From the NCBI GenBank assembly GCA_017960645.1, contig JAGCYU010000017.1, positions 7,721-71,720 of the forward strand: a DNA stretch of 64,000 bases, written 5' to 3'. Numbering within the stretch: position 1 is the first letter of the stretch; the number at the start of each line of letters is the position of its first letter. The notes beneath the pieces are model-generated. The model was not told the DNA's origin. It saw only the letters and a list, made by a program, of their open reading frames with translations, and ran no database searches. This stretch comes from Alphaproteobacteria bacterium. Lineage in GTDB: Bacteria; Pseudomonadota; Alphaproteobacteria; CAAHEQ01; UBA3637. Positions 28,575-38,033 of this stretch are shown here, piece by piece. The position numbers were made by a program, and so were the translations under genes.

Positions 28575-29236
28575 ACAATCCCTTGCAATTTTTGTCCGTT
28601 TGTTTTAAGCCATTTTTCAGCTTCTTTTCGGTATGGCGTTAGTTGATCCACCAGATTCCAAAAATCAGAGCTATGGTTCATGTGAACCAAATGAGCGACT
28701 TCGTGGGCAACCAAATATTGGATGACATGGATGGGCGCAAAAGCAATCTTCCAACAAAAACTTAAACTATGGTTGCTGGAGCAACTGCCCCATCTGGAAG
28801 AGGTATTGCGTAAGGTAATACGCCCTGCATGAACGCCTAAAATCGTGGTTAAACGAGCGACTTCTTGTTGCATAAAGGGCAACAACATTTTTTTTGCATA
28901 ATCGCAGGTGCGTCTGTGAAAAAATTGAATGTCACCCGATAAATATAATGTGCCATTCGCAATATGGGTTGGTTTGCCTTGTGCTAAGGTTAACGACTGC
29001 CCCATAATCTCTATGATCATATTTGGGGCAAAAGTTGTTTGCTTTGGCGGATGTGTCGCATGTGCAATTATCCACGCCCGTTGGCTTTTTGCAAAAGAGG
29101 TAGCCATCCATACAGGACAGTATTTAGGAACAATTAAAACAATTTGTCCGGCAGTTTTTTGTTTTAAAGCGATGTGCTTTGCACGTAAACTTTTATAGAC
29201 TAAAATAGAAATATTCTCAATGCTAATGTAATTCAT
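28571..29236 (-). CDS. YgjP-like zinc metallopeptidase (DUF45/M48 superfamily)
   Basis: RWGSCSSNHSLSFCWKI and HEVAHLVHMNHSSDFW (HExxH) motifs. Confidence 0.7.
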   Translation of the reverse strand: MNYISIENISILVYKSLRAKHIALKQKTAGQIVLIVPKYCPVWMATSFAKSQRAWIIAHATHPPKQTTFAPNMIIEIMGQSLTLAQGKPTHIANGTLYLSGDIQFFHRRTCDYAKKMLLPFMQQEVARLTTILGVHAGRITLRNTSSRWGSCSSNHSLSFCWKIAFAPIHVIQYLVAHEVAHLVHMNHSSDFWNLVDQLTPYRKEAEKWLKTNGQKLQGIV

Positions 29237-29297
29237 GCTTGACTTTAGACATTAATTTTGCTATCAACTAATATAACACAGAAGAAAGGAAAAGACA

Positions 29298-29549
29298 ATG
29301 GAAAAAATATTAAAATGGTTGCATTTTTTGTTCAGTTTTGTTGTTGATACATTTTTGATATTTGGCGTATTAGTTGTTGCTTTGTATTTCATTTGGGGGA
29401 TTACTCCTCAGACCATTGTTGAAAAAAGCAGTTATTTTTTCTCGGAAAGTTGGAAAATTATTTCTGGTCAAGATAAAAGTGCCCAACCCATTCCTGTTGT
29501 TACTCAAAAGCAAGTGGATGAGGCCCAAGAACATATCCACTATAAATAA
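29298..29549 (+). CDS. Small hypothetical membrane protein
   Basis: 83 aa ORF with one hydrophobic helix (FLFSFVVDTFLIFGVLVVALYFIW) and a GGAAAAG-type RBS. Confidence 0.3.
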   Translation: MEKILKWLHFLFSFVVDTFLIFGVLVVALYFIWGITPQTIVEKSSYFFSESWKIISGQDKSAQPIPVVTQKQVDEAQEHIHYK

Positions 29550-29604
29550 AATAGCTTTGGCCAGTTGAATTTTAATAAGTTTAGGCCTATTTAGTTTCAC
29601 ACAA

Positions 29605-30123
29605 GTGAGGCTGAATAGCATGAAGAGCAAGACATGTAAACGACAGCTATATTTAATCGCACAAGGGCAAGCAGATAAATCTGCCCCCGTTTTGAATGAC
29701 ATGAAACGTCCTTTGTCACCAAAGGGGGTGTGCGCTATGTTAAATTTATTGGAAGAAATTAAGGAAAGAAAGCTGCCTTGCCCCGATTTGATTTTGTGTT
29801 CTTCTGGATTATGTGCACGGCAAAGTTTGGATTTATTGTACGAGGCATACTCTACTTGTGATGTGGTTTTTAAAGATAGTTTGTATGGTGCAATAGATTA
29901 TCGGATCTTTGATGTGGTCAAGGTATTGGATGATATTTTATATCGCGTTATGATTTTAACTGAAGATACTGCTTTAACGACTTTTATGAATTATATCACA
30001 GTAAAAGAAAATAAAATAAAACAAAAGCTGATGCCAGCTAGTTGTGCGGTTGTTTCTTTATCCCCAAATACGTCGTGGCATATGCTTGGCCCATCAAAAG
30101 CATGTGTGAGTGATTTTTTTTAA
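29605..30123 (+). CDS. SixA/histidine-phosphatase-superfamily-like protein lacking the RHG catalytic motif
   Basis: LYLIAQGQADKS...RPLSPKG aligns by eye with SixA (IMRHGDA...RPLT..G), and ILCSSGLCARQSL with LVSPFLRAEQT. RHG is replaced by AQG. Confidence 0.4.
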   Translation: MRLNSMKSKTCKRQLYLIAQGQADKSAPVLNDMKRPLSPKGVCAMLNLLEEIKERKLPCPDLILCSSGLCARQSLDLLYEAYSTCDVVFKDSLYGAIDYRIFDVVKVLDDILYRVMILTEDTALTTFMNYITVKENKIKQKLMPASCAVVSLSPNTSWHMLGPSKACVSDFF

Positions 30124-30168
30124 GAAAATCTTGCTTTCTGAACACAGTTGTGATAATATAACGAGGGG

Positions 30169-32004
30169 ATGAAAAAAGGGGGCCCAGGTATGTTGCGTGG
30201 ACAAAGTGTTGAGGGGAAAATTGTGCGTGTCATTGTGGAAACAGTGCATCCCTTGAATGATAAGCAACAAACCCATGTTCATAAAAAATTACAAGTGTTA
30301 TTACCCACCAAAAAAGTGGAGTGTTTTTTTAAATTAAATCCAAGTCTTTTAAGTGGAATTCGATTGGATTTTGGTACCTTGATTGTGGATGACAGCGTTC
30401 AAGCAAAGTTAAATGATTTTGTGGCCCAGACCAAAGAATCTTTACCAGTGGCTTTATCGGCTCGAAGCATAATGACGCATATTGAAAAGCATTTAAAGGA
30501 TTTTAACAATCAACCTGTTGTCCATACTGTTGGACATGTTGTAAGTGTATTGGATGGGGTGGCTCGAGTTGTCGGATTGCCCGATTTAATGGCTGGGGAA
30601 TTGGTAGCTTTCACCAGTGGAGCCAAAGGGATTGTTTTGAACTTAAATTCAGAATTTGTAGATGTGATTATTTTATATGCTTCAGAAAATATTCGAGAAG
30701 GGGAAAGTGTTGTTGGTACTCGTTCCAAGGTCACTGTGCCTGTTGGATTTGGTCTGTTAGGACGCGTGATCAATGCTTTGGGACAACCCGTGGATGATTT
30801 GGGCGAAATTGCTCATACAGGATATCGTGTGATGCAAATGCCTGCCCCGGATTTATTATCTCGAGTGCCTGTGACAAAACCGGTTCATACAGGGATTTTA
30901 GGAATAGATGCGCTCTTAGCTATTGGGAAAGGTCAACGAGAGCTGGTTATTGGCGATAGACAAACCGGAAAAACAACCCTATTGATCGATATGATTTTAA
31001 GTCAGCATGAATGCAATAAACAAGCGCGTTCTTTAACGGATAAAATGTTTTGTGTTTATGTGGCTATTGGTCAAAAACAATCCAGCGTGCGGGATCTGAT
31101 TCAGGTGTTAACAAAAGCGGGAGCGTTGGAAGATACGATTATTGTGATGGCCGGGGCTTCAGAAAGTGCTGCTATGCAATATTTAGCGCCATATGCCGGA
31201 TGTGCTATTGCTGAATATTTTCGGGATAATGGAATGAATGCCATGGTGTTTTATGATGACTTATCTAAACACGCAACAGCCTATCGTGAAATGTCTTTAT
31301 TGTTAAAACGTCCGGCGGGGCGTGAGGCTTATCCGGGGGATGTGTTCTATTTACATTCTCGTTTATTGGAAAGGGCTGGACAAATGTCATCAGAATATGG
31401 TGGCGGTTCTTTAACAGCCATCCCCGTTATCGAAACACAGGAAGGCGATGTGTCTGCCTATATTCCAACAAATGTGATTTCTATCACCGATGGTCAAATT
31501 TTCTTGGAATCTTCTTTGTTTCACCAAGGGATTAAACCGGCATTGAATGTGGGGTTATCCGTCAGCCGTGTTGGGGGCGCTGCTCAAACACCAATTATGA
31601 AAAAAATAGCCGCTTCCGTTAAATTAGAATTAGCACAATATCGTGAAGTTTTGGCATTTTCTCAGCTCTCTTCGGATTTAGATGTGGCAACGCAAAAACT
31701 GTTGAATCGTGGGGTGCGCTTAACAGAAATATTAAAACAATCTCAGCATCAACCTTTATCTTTGGCTGAAGAAGTTGTACGATTATTGGTTGGAACTAAA
31801 GGATATTTGGATGCCATTGATTTAGATATTATCCCAGAGTTTTTAAAAGGATTATATCCTTACGTTCAAAAGCATGCAGAAGACGTTATTGAATCTATAC
31901 GGGTATTTGGGGATTTAATTGATGACGAAATGGCTTTGTTGGATCAAACATTGCAAGCGTATGCACAAAATTTTAAATCAATAAATGAACGAAAGGAAGA
32001 ATAA
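30169..32004 (+). CDS. atpA: F1 ATP synthase alpha subunit with an in-frame N-terminal extension homologous to the C-terminal domain of subunit delta (OSCP)
   Basis: Residues ~15-90 (VETVHPLNDKQQ..KKVECFFKLNPSLLSGIRLDFGTLIVDDSVQAKLNDF) match the delta C-terminal pattern. From ~94 onward the sequence is canonical alpha (GHVVSVLDGVARVVGL, Walker A GDRQTGKT). Confidence 0.85.
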   Translation: MKKGGPGMLRGQSVEGKIVRVIVETVHPLNDKQQTHVHKKLQVLLPTKKVECFFKLNPSLLSGIRLDFGTLIVDDSVQAKLNDFVAQTKESLPVALSARSIMTHIEKHLKDFNNQPVVHTVGHVVSVLDGVARVVGLPDLMAGELVAFTSGAKGIVLNLNSEFVDVIILYASENIREGESVVGTRSKVTVPVGFGLLGRVINALGQPVDDLGEIAHTGYRVMQMPAPDLLSRVPVTKPVHTGILGIDALLAIGKGQRELVIGDRQTGKTTLLIDMILSQHECNKQARSLTDKMFCVYVAIGQKQSSVRDLIQVLTKAGALEDTIIVMAGASESAAMQYLAPYAGCAIAEYFRDNGMNAMVFYDDLSKHATAYREMSLLLKRPAGREAYPGDVFYLHSRLLERAGQMSSEYGGGSLTAIPVIETQEGDVSAYIPTNVISITDGQIFLESSLFHQGIKPALNVGLSVSRVGGAAQTPIMKKIAASVKLELAQYREVLAFSQLSSDLDVATQKLLNRGVRLTEILKQSQHQPLSLAEEVVRLLVGTKGYLDAIDLDIIPEFLKGLYPYVQKHAEDVIESIRVFGDLIDDEMALLDQTLQAYAQNFKSINERKEE

Positions 32005-32005
32005 A

Positions 32006-33079
32006 ATGGCTTCCTTAAAAGACATGAAAAACCGCATGCGTTCCATTCAAACAACCAGACAAATTACGTCAACGATGAAGGTTGTGTCTTTAGCAAAGGT
32101 GAAAAAAAGTCACGCTCGTTTGACAGAGGCAACGACGTATATTGATGAAATGAATCGCGTGGTTCGGCGTTTAATTCGTGCCGCTGTATATTTTCAACGG
32201 CAAAAGACAGATGATGGCGTGCATATATCAAAATTGAAACTTTCCCCGATGTTTATAGGAAATGGTTTTGATGAAAGGTATGTTGTTGTATGTGTGACCT
32301 CTGATGACGGGTTAAGCGGTTCCGGAAATATGCAGGTTTTACAAAAAACAAAAGAGGTAGTAGATTATCTGACAGAGGCGGGTAAAGAAATTACTTTAGT
32401 GTGCTTTGGGACTCGTGGTGCAGAAATTTTAAAACGATTTTATCCTGATTTATCTGTTCATATCATGAAACGTAAATCTTTTTCAGCTTCGGGCGCTTAT
32501 TTGGATGGGGAAAGGTTGACTTTGGATTTAATGGCTTCGTTTGAAGAAAAGCGGTTTGATGCTTGTATTGTTGTGTTTAATCACTTTGAATCAATGATCG
32601 TACAAACACCTGTGATTGAACAGCTGATTCCTAACCGGTTGTTTTCTGATACCAATCCATGGCAATTTTTAATGGATACTAAATTGGATAGTTATCGTGA
32701 AAAGGATGTGCTGGGCCGCGAAAGGTTATCTATACGACATAAATCTTTTTTGGAACATATGGGGCGAAAGTTAAAAGCGCCATTGATAGACGTGTTAGCA
32801 GAAGAATTAAAAAAATCTGTCCGGCCCGTGACAGCTTATGATTATGAACCAGATGCAACAGAAATTTTAAATCGTATTTTTCCAGCTTATATGATTGCCT
32901 ATGTGAATTATATTTTATTAGAAAGTGATGTGTGTGATCAAGCTGCGCGCTTAATGGCGATGGATAATGCAACGCATAATGCAGATGAAATGTTGGCAAA
33001 TTTAACCAAAGTCTACCAGAGGACACGTCAAAATAAAATTACAACTCAAACAGCAGAGTTAGCTCAGGCGAAAGGATAG
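32006..33079 (+). CDS. atpG: F1 ATP synthase gamma subunit (unusually long, 357 aa)
   Basis: MASLKDMKNRMRSIQTTRQITSTMKVVS N-terminus and C-terminal ARLMAMDNATHNADEML..YQRTRQNKIT. Extra ~60 aa lie before YDYEPD. Confidence 0.8.
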   Translation: MASLKDMKNRMRSIQTTRQITSTMKVVSLAKVKKSHARLTEATTYIDEMNRVVRRLIRAAVYFQRQKTDDGVHISKLKLSPMFIGNGFDERYVVVCVTSDDGLSGSGNMQVLQKTKEVVDYLTEAGKEITLVCFGTRGAEILKRFYPDLSVHIMKRKSFSASGAYLDGERLTLDLMASFEEKRFDACIVVFNHFESMIVQTPVIEQLIPNRLFSDTNPWQFLMDTKLDSYREKDVLGRERLSIRHKSFLEHMGRKLKAPLIDVLAEELKKSVRPVTAYDYEPDATEILNRIFPAYMIAYVNYILLESDVCDQAARLMAMDNATHNADEMLANLTKVYQRTRQNKITTQTAELAQAKG

Positions 33080-34495
<1,416 letters not shown>

Positions 34496-34506
34496 AGGAA
34501 AAGAAA

Positions 34507-34938
34507 ATGCGTGAACCAGAACCGGCACCGGATAATCAACATATAAGGATTAAAATTATTTCGCCTCAAAAGACAGTTTTAATGGCTGAAGTGGACAAGG
34601 TTTTATTGCCTTGTTTTAATGGGGATTTAATGATTTTACCACGTCATGCACCTTGTTTTTGTGCTATAAAAGCAGGTAAGTTATTGATTTATGATAAAGG
34701 AAAAATTATTCCTGTGATTGTGTCGGATGGTGTGGCAGAAATTCGACGAAATATTTGTGCTGTGTTGGCTTGGGGCATGTTATGCGATGATATTAAACGC
34801 CCCGAGGTAGAGGCACAATTAGCCGCAACAGAAAAGCTGTTGAAAACGATTCATACTTCTGAAAAACAAATGGAAGTATTGGCACGTGTTCGGTTCTTAA
34901 ATCTGTTAAAGGCCGAATTGGATGCTCGGGGCGAATAG
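34507..34938 (+). CDS. atpC: F1 ATP synthase epsilon subunit
   Basis: Last gene of the atp operon. IISPQKTVLMAEVDKVLLPCFNGDLMILPRHAP matches the epsilon N-terminal barrel pattern. Confidence 0.8.
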   Translation: MREPEPAPDNQHIRIKIISPQKTVLMAEVDKVLLPCFNGDLMILPRHAPCFCAIKAGKLLIYDKGKIIPVIVSDGVAEIRRNICAVLAWGMLCDDIKRPEVEAQLAATEKLLKTIHTSEKQMEVLARVRFLNLLKAELDARGE

Positions 34939-34942
34939 GTAT

Positions 34943-35122
34943 TTAAGCTGTTTTTGCATTTCCAATGTTTAATGCAAAAATGTTTAAAATGCTTTTAACT
35001 TTGCTTAAAATTTTATCATCTTTTTGCGTTGGCGTGAGGGCTGATAAAGCACTAGCCCCTGCAATGATTGAAGTGATTGCGCCAAAAATATCATTAAAAT
35101 TTGTAATAATAAAGTTTATCAT
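34943..35122 (-). CDS. 59-aa small membrane protein (holin-class candidate); below the ORF-track length cutoff
   Basis: Hand-translated as MINFIITNFNDIFGAITSIIAGASALSALTPTQKDDKILSKVKSILNIFALNIGNAKTA. Begins 10 nt after the upstream gene, at the end of the lysis cassette. Confidence 0.35.
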   Translation of the reverse strand: MINFIITNFNDIFGAITSIIAGASALSALTPTQKDDKILSKVKSILNIFALNIGNAKTA

Positions 35123-35132
35123 ATTTGTCCTT

Positions 35133-35444
35133 TCATTTTAAAATTAAGTTTAAAATAGCAACGCATATAGCAGTTGCCGTGGTGATAGAGATAGTACTAA
35201 CTAAAGCTTTAAGTGGTGCAATTTCCGATCGCTGGATATATGTTTTTGCTAATTGATCATGTAACAAGGTGCAGGCGGATTTCGTTTGAACTGTTCCCAT
35301 AAAATTCAAAAGTTCGGTATAGACTTTGGTAATTTGATTATTCAGTCCAAGCATATCCTTTTTTAAATCAACCAGCTGTTTTTGCAACGCTTCCACAGTA
35401 GCCATCAATTTTCCTAGCTCTAAATTGATATGAGGTGTTGGCAT
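35133..35444 (-). CDS. Phage-cluster protein: coiled-coil N-terminus with a C-terminal TM anchor (lysis accessory candidate)
   Basis: ATG at 35444 with a GGAGAAACC RBS. Heptad-like region LMATVEALQKQLVDLKKDML. C-terminal hydrophobic stretch ISITTATAICVAILNLIL. Confidence 0.45.
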   Translation of the reverse strand: MPTPHINLELGKLMATVEALQKQLVDLKKDMLGLNNQITKVYTELLNFMGTVQTKSACTLLHDQLAKTYIQRSEIAPLKALVSTISITTATAICVAILNLILK

Positions 35445-35454
35445 GGTTTCTCCT

Positions 35455-35877
35455 TTAATAGATGGCATAAAATAAATGGTTACCGATTTGTGCACAAGGA
35501 ACGGCACTATGTGCCCATTTAGGGTTGCAACATAGCGCATGATAATGTGTGGCCCCATGGGTGTTGTCTTTTAAACATCCAGCAATAGCACGCTTGGCAA
35601 TGCGGTAACAGATTTTATATACAGAATCTTGACTTAAATCTTGTTCCAGTAAAGGCGCATTGGCATCTTGTTTATTCCAACAAGAAAATTGAAAAGGTTT
35701 TTTGCATACTTCAATGATGGAATTTCCCCACCAATGTGATCCTTTTTGTATCGCAAATTTGACACGGTTTAAAATAACGTTGGCAACGGCTTCTATGCCG
35801 GCAACAGATTCACCTCGGGCTTCTCCATATAATGTTTTTGCCATGGTTTCAGCTTCATTTGATAAATTTTGCTTCAT
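35455..35877 (-). CDS. Cell-wall hydrolase (SleB/CwlJ, Hydrolase_2 family) endolysin
   Basis: LYGEARGESVAGIEAVANVILNRV and FSCWN motifs typical of SleB-type lytic enzymes. Follows the terminase gene. Confidence 0.7.
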   Translation of the reverse strand: MKQNLSNEAETMAKTLYGEARGESVAGIEAVANVILNRVKFAIQKGSHWWGNSIIEVCKKPFQFSCWNKQDANAPLLEQDLSQDSVYKICYRIAKRAIAGCLKDNTHGATHYHALCCNPKWAHSAVPCAQIGNHLFYAIY

Positions 35878-35894
35878 TTTATTCTCCCTTTAAA

Positions 35895-37334
35895 TTATCG
35901 CCACTTCGGGCGAGTTAAATTTTGAAATGGATTACGTTTTAATCGGATAGGTTCACACAACAAACAACCAGCAACAGCATCTAATACGTCATCATGACCC
36001 CGTGGTGCTTGCGGATTAAAATCTTGCATTTGCCCAATTAAATCTGTGTTTTTAACCGAGGTATGTACAAATAAGGCGCTGTTCATAAGTGGCGCTTCAA
36101 AGGCCGATAAAATCCGCTTGACTTTGTGTTCACGCGATATTTCTTCCAAAACAGCACAGGAAATGCCAGCTTTTTCCAACTCTTGTCGTAATAAGGCAGG
36201 CAAAAATTTTCCAATACCGTTACTTTCTAAGTGAATGGCTGGAATATAATTGTCGCGAATAAAACGTACGACTTGTTTGCATTGAAAACTTGCGGCTTCT
36301 GCATTAGGTGGAACCAACAATGTTTGAATGCGGTGCAAATAATAATGTCCCGAATCATCCGAAAAAACACAAGCTATGACGCTAGAATCCCCTTTTGCTG
36401 AACCGAAAGACGGATCCCACCAACAACTGACTGATACCATTTGTATGTTGCCGATTTTTAATGTGGCAGCATCATTTGCTTCATGGTATTCAATATCTTC
36501 ATGATAAAAGTTTAATCTAGCCGTATCCAGCCGCATTTCGGTTGGTAAAAATGGTTGCAACATCATTTGGCTGGCAAACTTGGATGGTGCAGTTGTTGCC
36601 TTTAATTCTTGAATTTTATCTGAACTAAAGCGCTCTGGCCAATTTGATTGCCCTTGTTTATTAATCAAAGGGATTTTCAAAGTTGGCCAGTTTTTTAAAA
36701 ACTCATCTGTATTGTAAATGGTGTCATTACTGTGGGGTGTGCCGATATACAATATCATGCCATTTGGTGTCAGAATATAATTCAGCTCATCCAGTTTGTG
36801 TTTTAATGTTAATCGTTTTGGATAAGTATCAGAAGTTTTTGGGACTTCCACATCATCACAAATAATCACATCGGCTCTGGAACCTGTAATGTTGCTGGAT
36901 AAACCGGCAGCTAATACAGACGGATCTCGCCCGTTTAGTGTACGATTGACAGTTAAACGATCCGAAGCCCATTCATTTGTATGAGATGGTTTTAATCCTA
37001 TACAAGCCGGATGTTTTTCCAAAATTCGTTTGATATGTTGTACCATTTTTTTTGCCAAGGCAAAATCTGCGGCCAAAATCAAAATCCTTGTATCCGGTTT
37101 AAAACATAACAACCATGCACAAAATAATCCTACTAAAGTAGATTTACCACTGCCTCGAAAAGCCATTAACAAAGCTTTTTTTTGAGGAATAAAAACATTT
37201 TGTAAAAATTGACAAATAGCTTTATGATGCTTAGGCACAGTTAAATGCAATGTATGCATCCAAATCCATACGAAATTAAGAAAATTCATCTGGGGTAACA
37301 TTGTCATTTTCGTTTTCTTTCTCGGCTTGCGCAA
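35895..37334 (-). CDS. Phage terminase large subunit
   Basis: Walker A MAFRGSGKSTLV, Walker B DVIICDDVE, and nuclease-domain start WWDPSFGSAKGDSSVIACVF. The true start may be a downstream Met (37289-37307). Confidence 0.8.
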   Translation of the reverse strand: MRKPRKKTKMTMLPQMNFLNFVWIWMHTLHLTVPKHHKAICQFLQNVFIPQKKALLMAFRGSGKSTLVGLFCAWLLCFKPDTRILILAADFALAKKMVQHIKRILEKHPACIGLKPSHTNEWASDRLTVNRTLNGRDPSVLAAGLSSNITGSRADVIICDDVEVPKTSDTYPKRLTLKHKLDELNYILTPNGMILYIGTPHSNDTIYNTDEFLKNWPTLKIPLINKQGQSNWPERFSSDKIQELKATTAPSKFASQMMLQPFLPTEMRLDTARLNFYHEDIEYHEANDAATLKIGNIQMVSVSCWWDPSFGSAKGDSSVIACVFSDDSGHYYLHRIQTLLVPPNAEAASFQCKQVVRFIRDNYIPAIHLESNGIGKFLPALLRQELEKAGISCAVLEEISREHKVKRILSAFEAPLMNSALFVHTSVKNTDLIGQMQDFNPQAPRGHDDVLDAVAGCLLCEPIRLKRNPFQNLTRPKWR

Positions 37335-37557
37335 TTAAATCTAACAGGCTTGTTTGAGCTTCGTTTTGGTTTGATTGTTTTGTTAGTTTGTTTAACAATA
37401 TGATATGCGCCAAAGCGGCTTTACAGGCATTATGATAGGCCGTAAATTCTTTGGTGTCGGATACAGGGGGCTGATCCGTAAAGGTTAAGTAATGTTGGAC
37501 TGTTTTGTTCAACACAGGGGTTAACATTTCCGATAAAGTTATGTTTTTATCGGGCAT
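37276..37557 (-). CDS. Phage-cluster hypothetical protein (small terminase candidate by position only)
   Basis: 93 aa ORF immediately upstream of, and overlapping, the large terminase gene. No motif recognised. Confidence 0.4.
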   Translation of the reverse strand: MPDKNITLSEMLTPVLNKTVQHYLTFTDQPPVSDTKEFTAYHNACKAALAHIILLNKLTKQSNQNEAQTSLLDLIAQAEKENENDNVTPDEFS

Positions 37558-37566
37558 GGTTCATCC

Positions 37567-38031
37567 TTATTCAATCATACTGCGTGACAGGTTGGATATG
37601 CTGTTTGTGACGGCCATTCCTTGGTCATTTGTTAACATTTTTAATCGCAATAAATTTTGAGTATTGATTCTTTCAATGCTGTTTTTTAAAGCTTCCAAAG
37701 AAATATTGGCTTGGCCTTGGACATATTTATCTTCCATATCATGTTCTTTTTGCATTGTATTTAATACCACTTGGCCTGAGCCTGATGATTGGCTGAGGTT
37801 GCTGGCACCCAGCTTGGCACGATAAGCAGATTGTTGTTGTGCCAATAAATTTCTGCTTTTACGTTGGTGTTCAGCCAAGGTATTTTCAATATTTTGCTGA
37901 TTTAATTTAGCCTGATAATTTTCTGCTTTGTTTGCCGCTTTTGTGGCTTTTTTTTGCATCCGCAAATTATCTAATGAAAAATAGGTGGATGCTAAGTTTG
38001 TAATAACTGATGCTGCAGCTGCTGCTTCCAT
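37567..38031 (-). CDS. Phage-cluster hypothetical coiled-coil protein
   Basis: 154 aa, rich in Q, N, A and K. Tightly packed between the tail gene and the terminase genes. Confidence 0.4.
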   Translation of the reverse strand: MEAAAAASVITNLASTYFSLDNLRMQKKATKAANKAENYQAKLNQQNIENTLAEHQRKSRNLLAQQQSAYRAKLGASNLSQSSGSGQVVLNTMQKEHDMEDKYVQGQANISLEALKNSIERINTQNLLRLKMLTNDQGMAVTNSISNLSRSMIE

Positions 38032-38033
38032 AA

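Noticed and set aside
34951-34980. Inverted repeat TTTTTGCAT/ATGCAAAAA as the atpC rho-independent terminator
   Set aside because: The stem is A/T-rich, no clean T-run follows it on the plus strand, and it lies inside the candidate 59-codon ORF. It is left unresolved rather than called as a feature.
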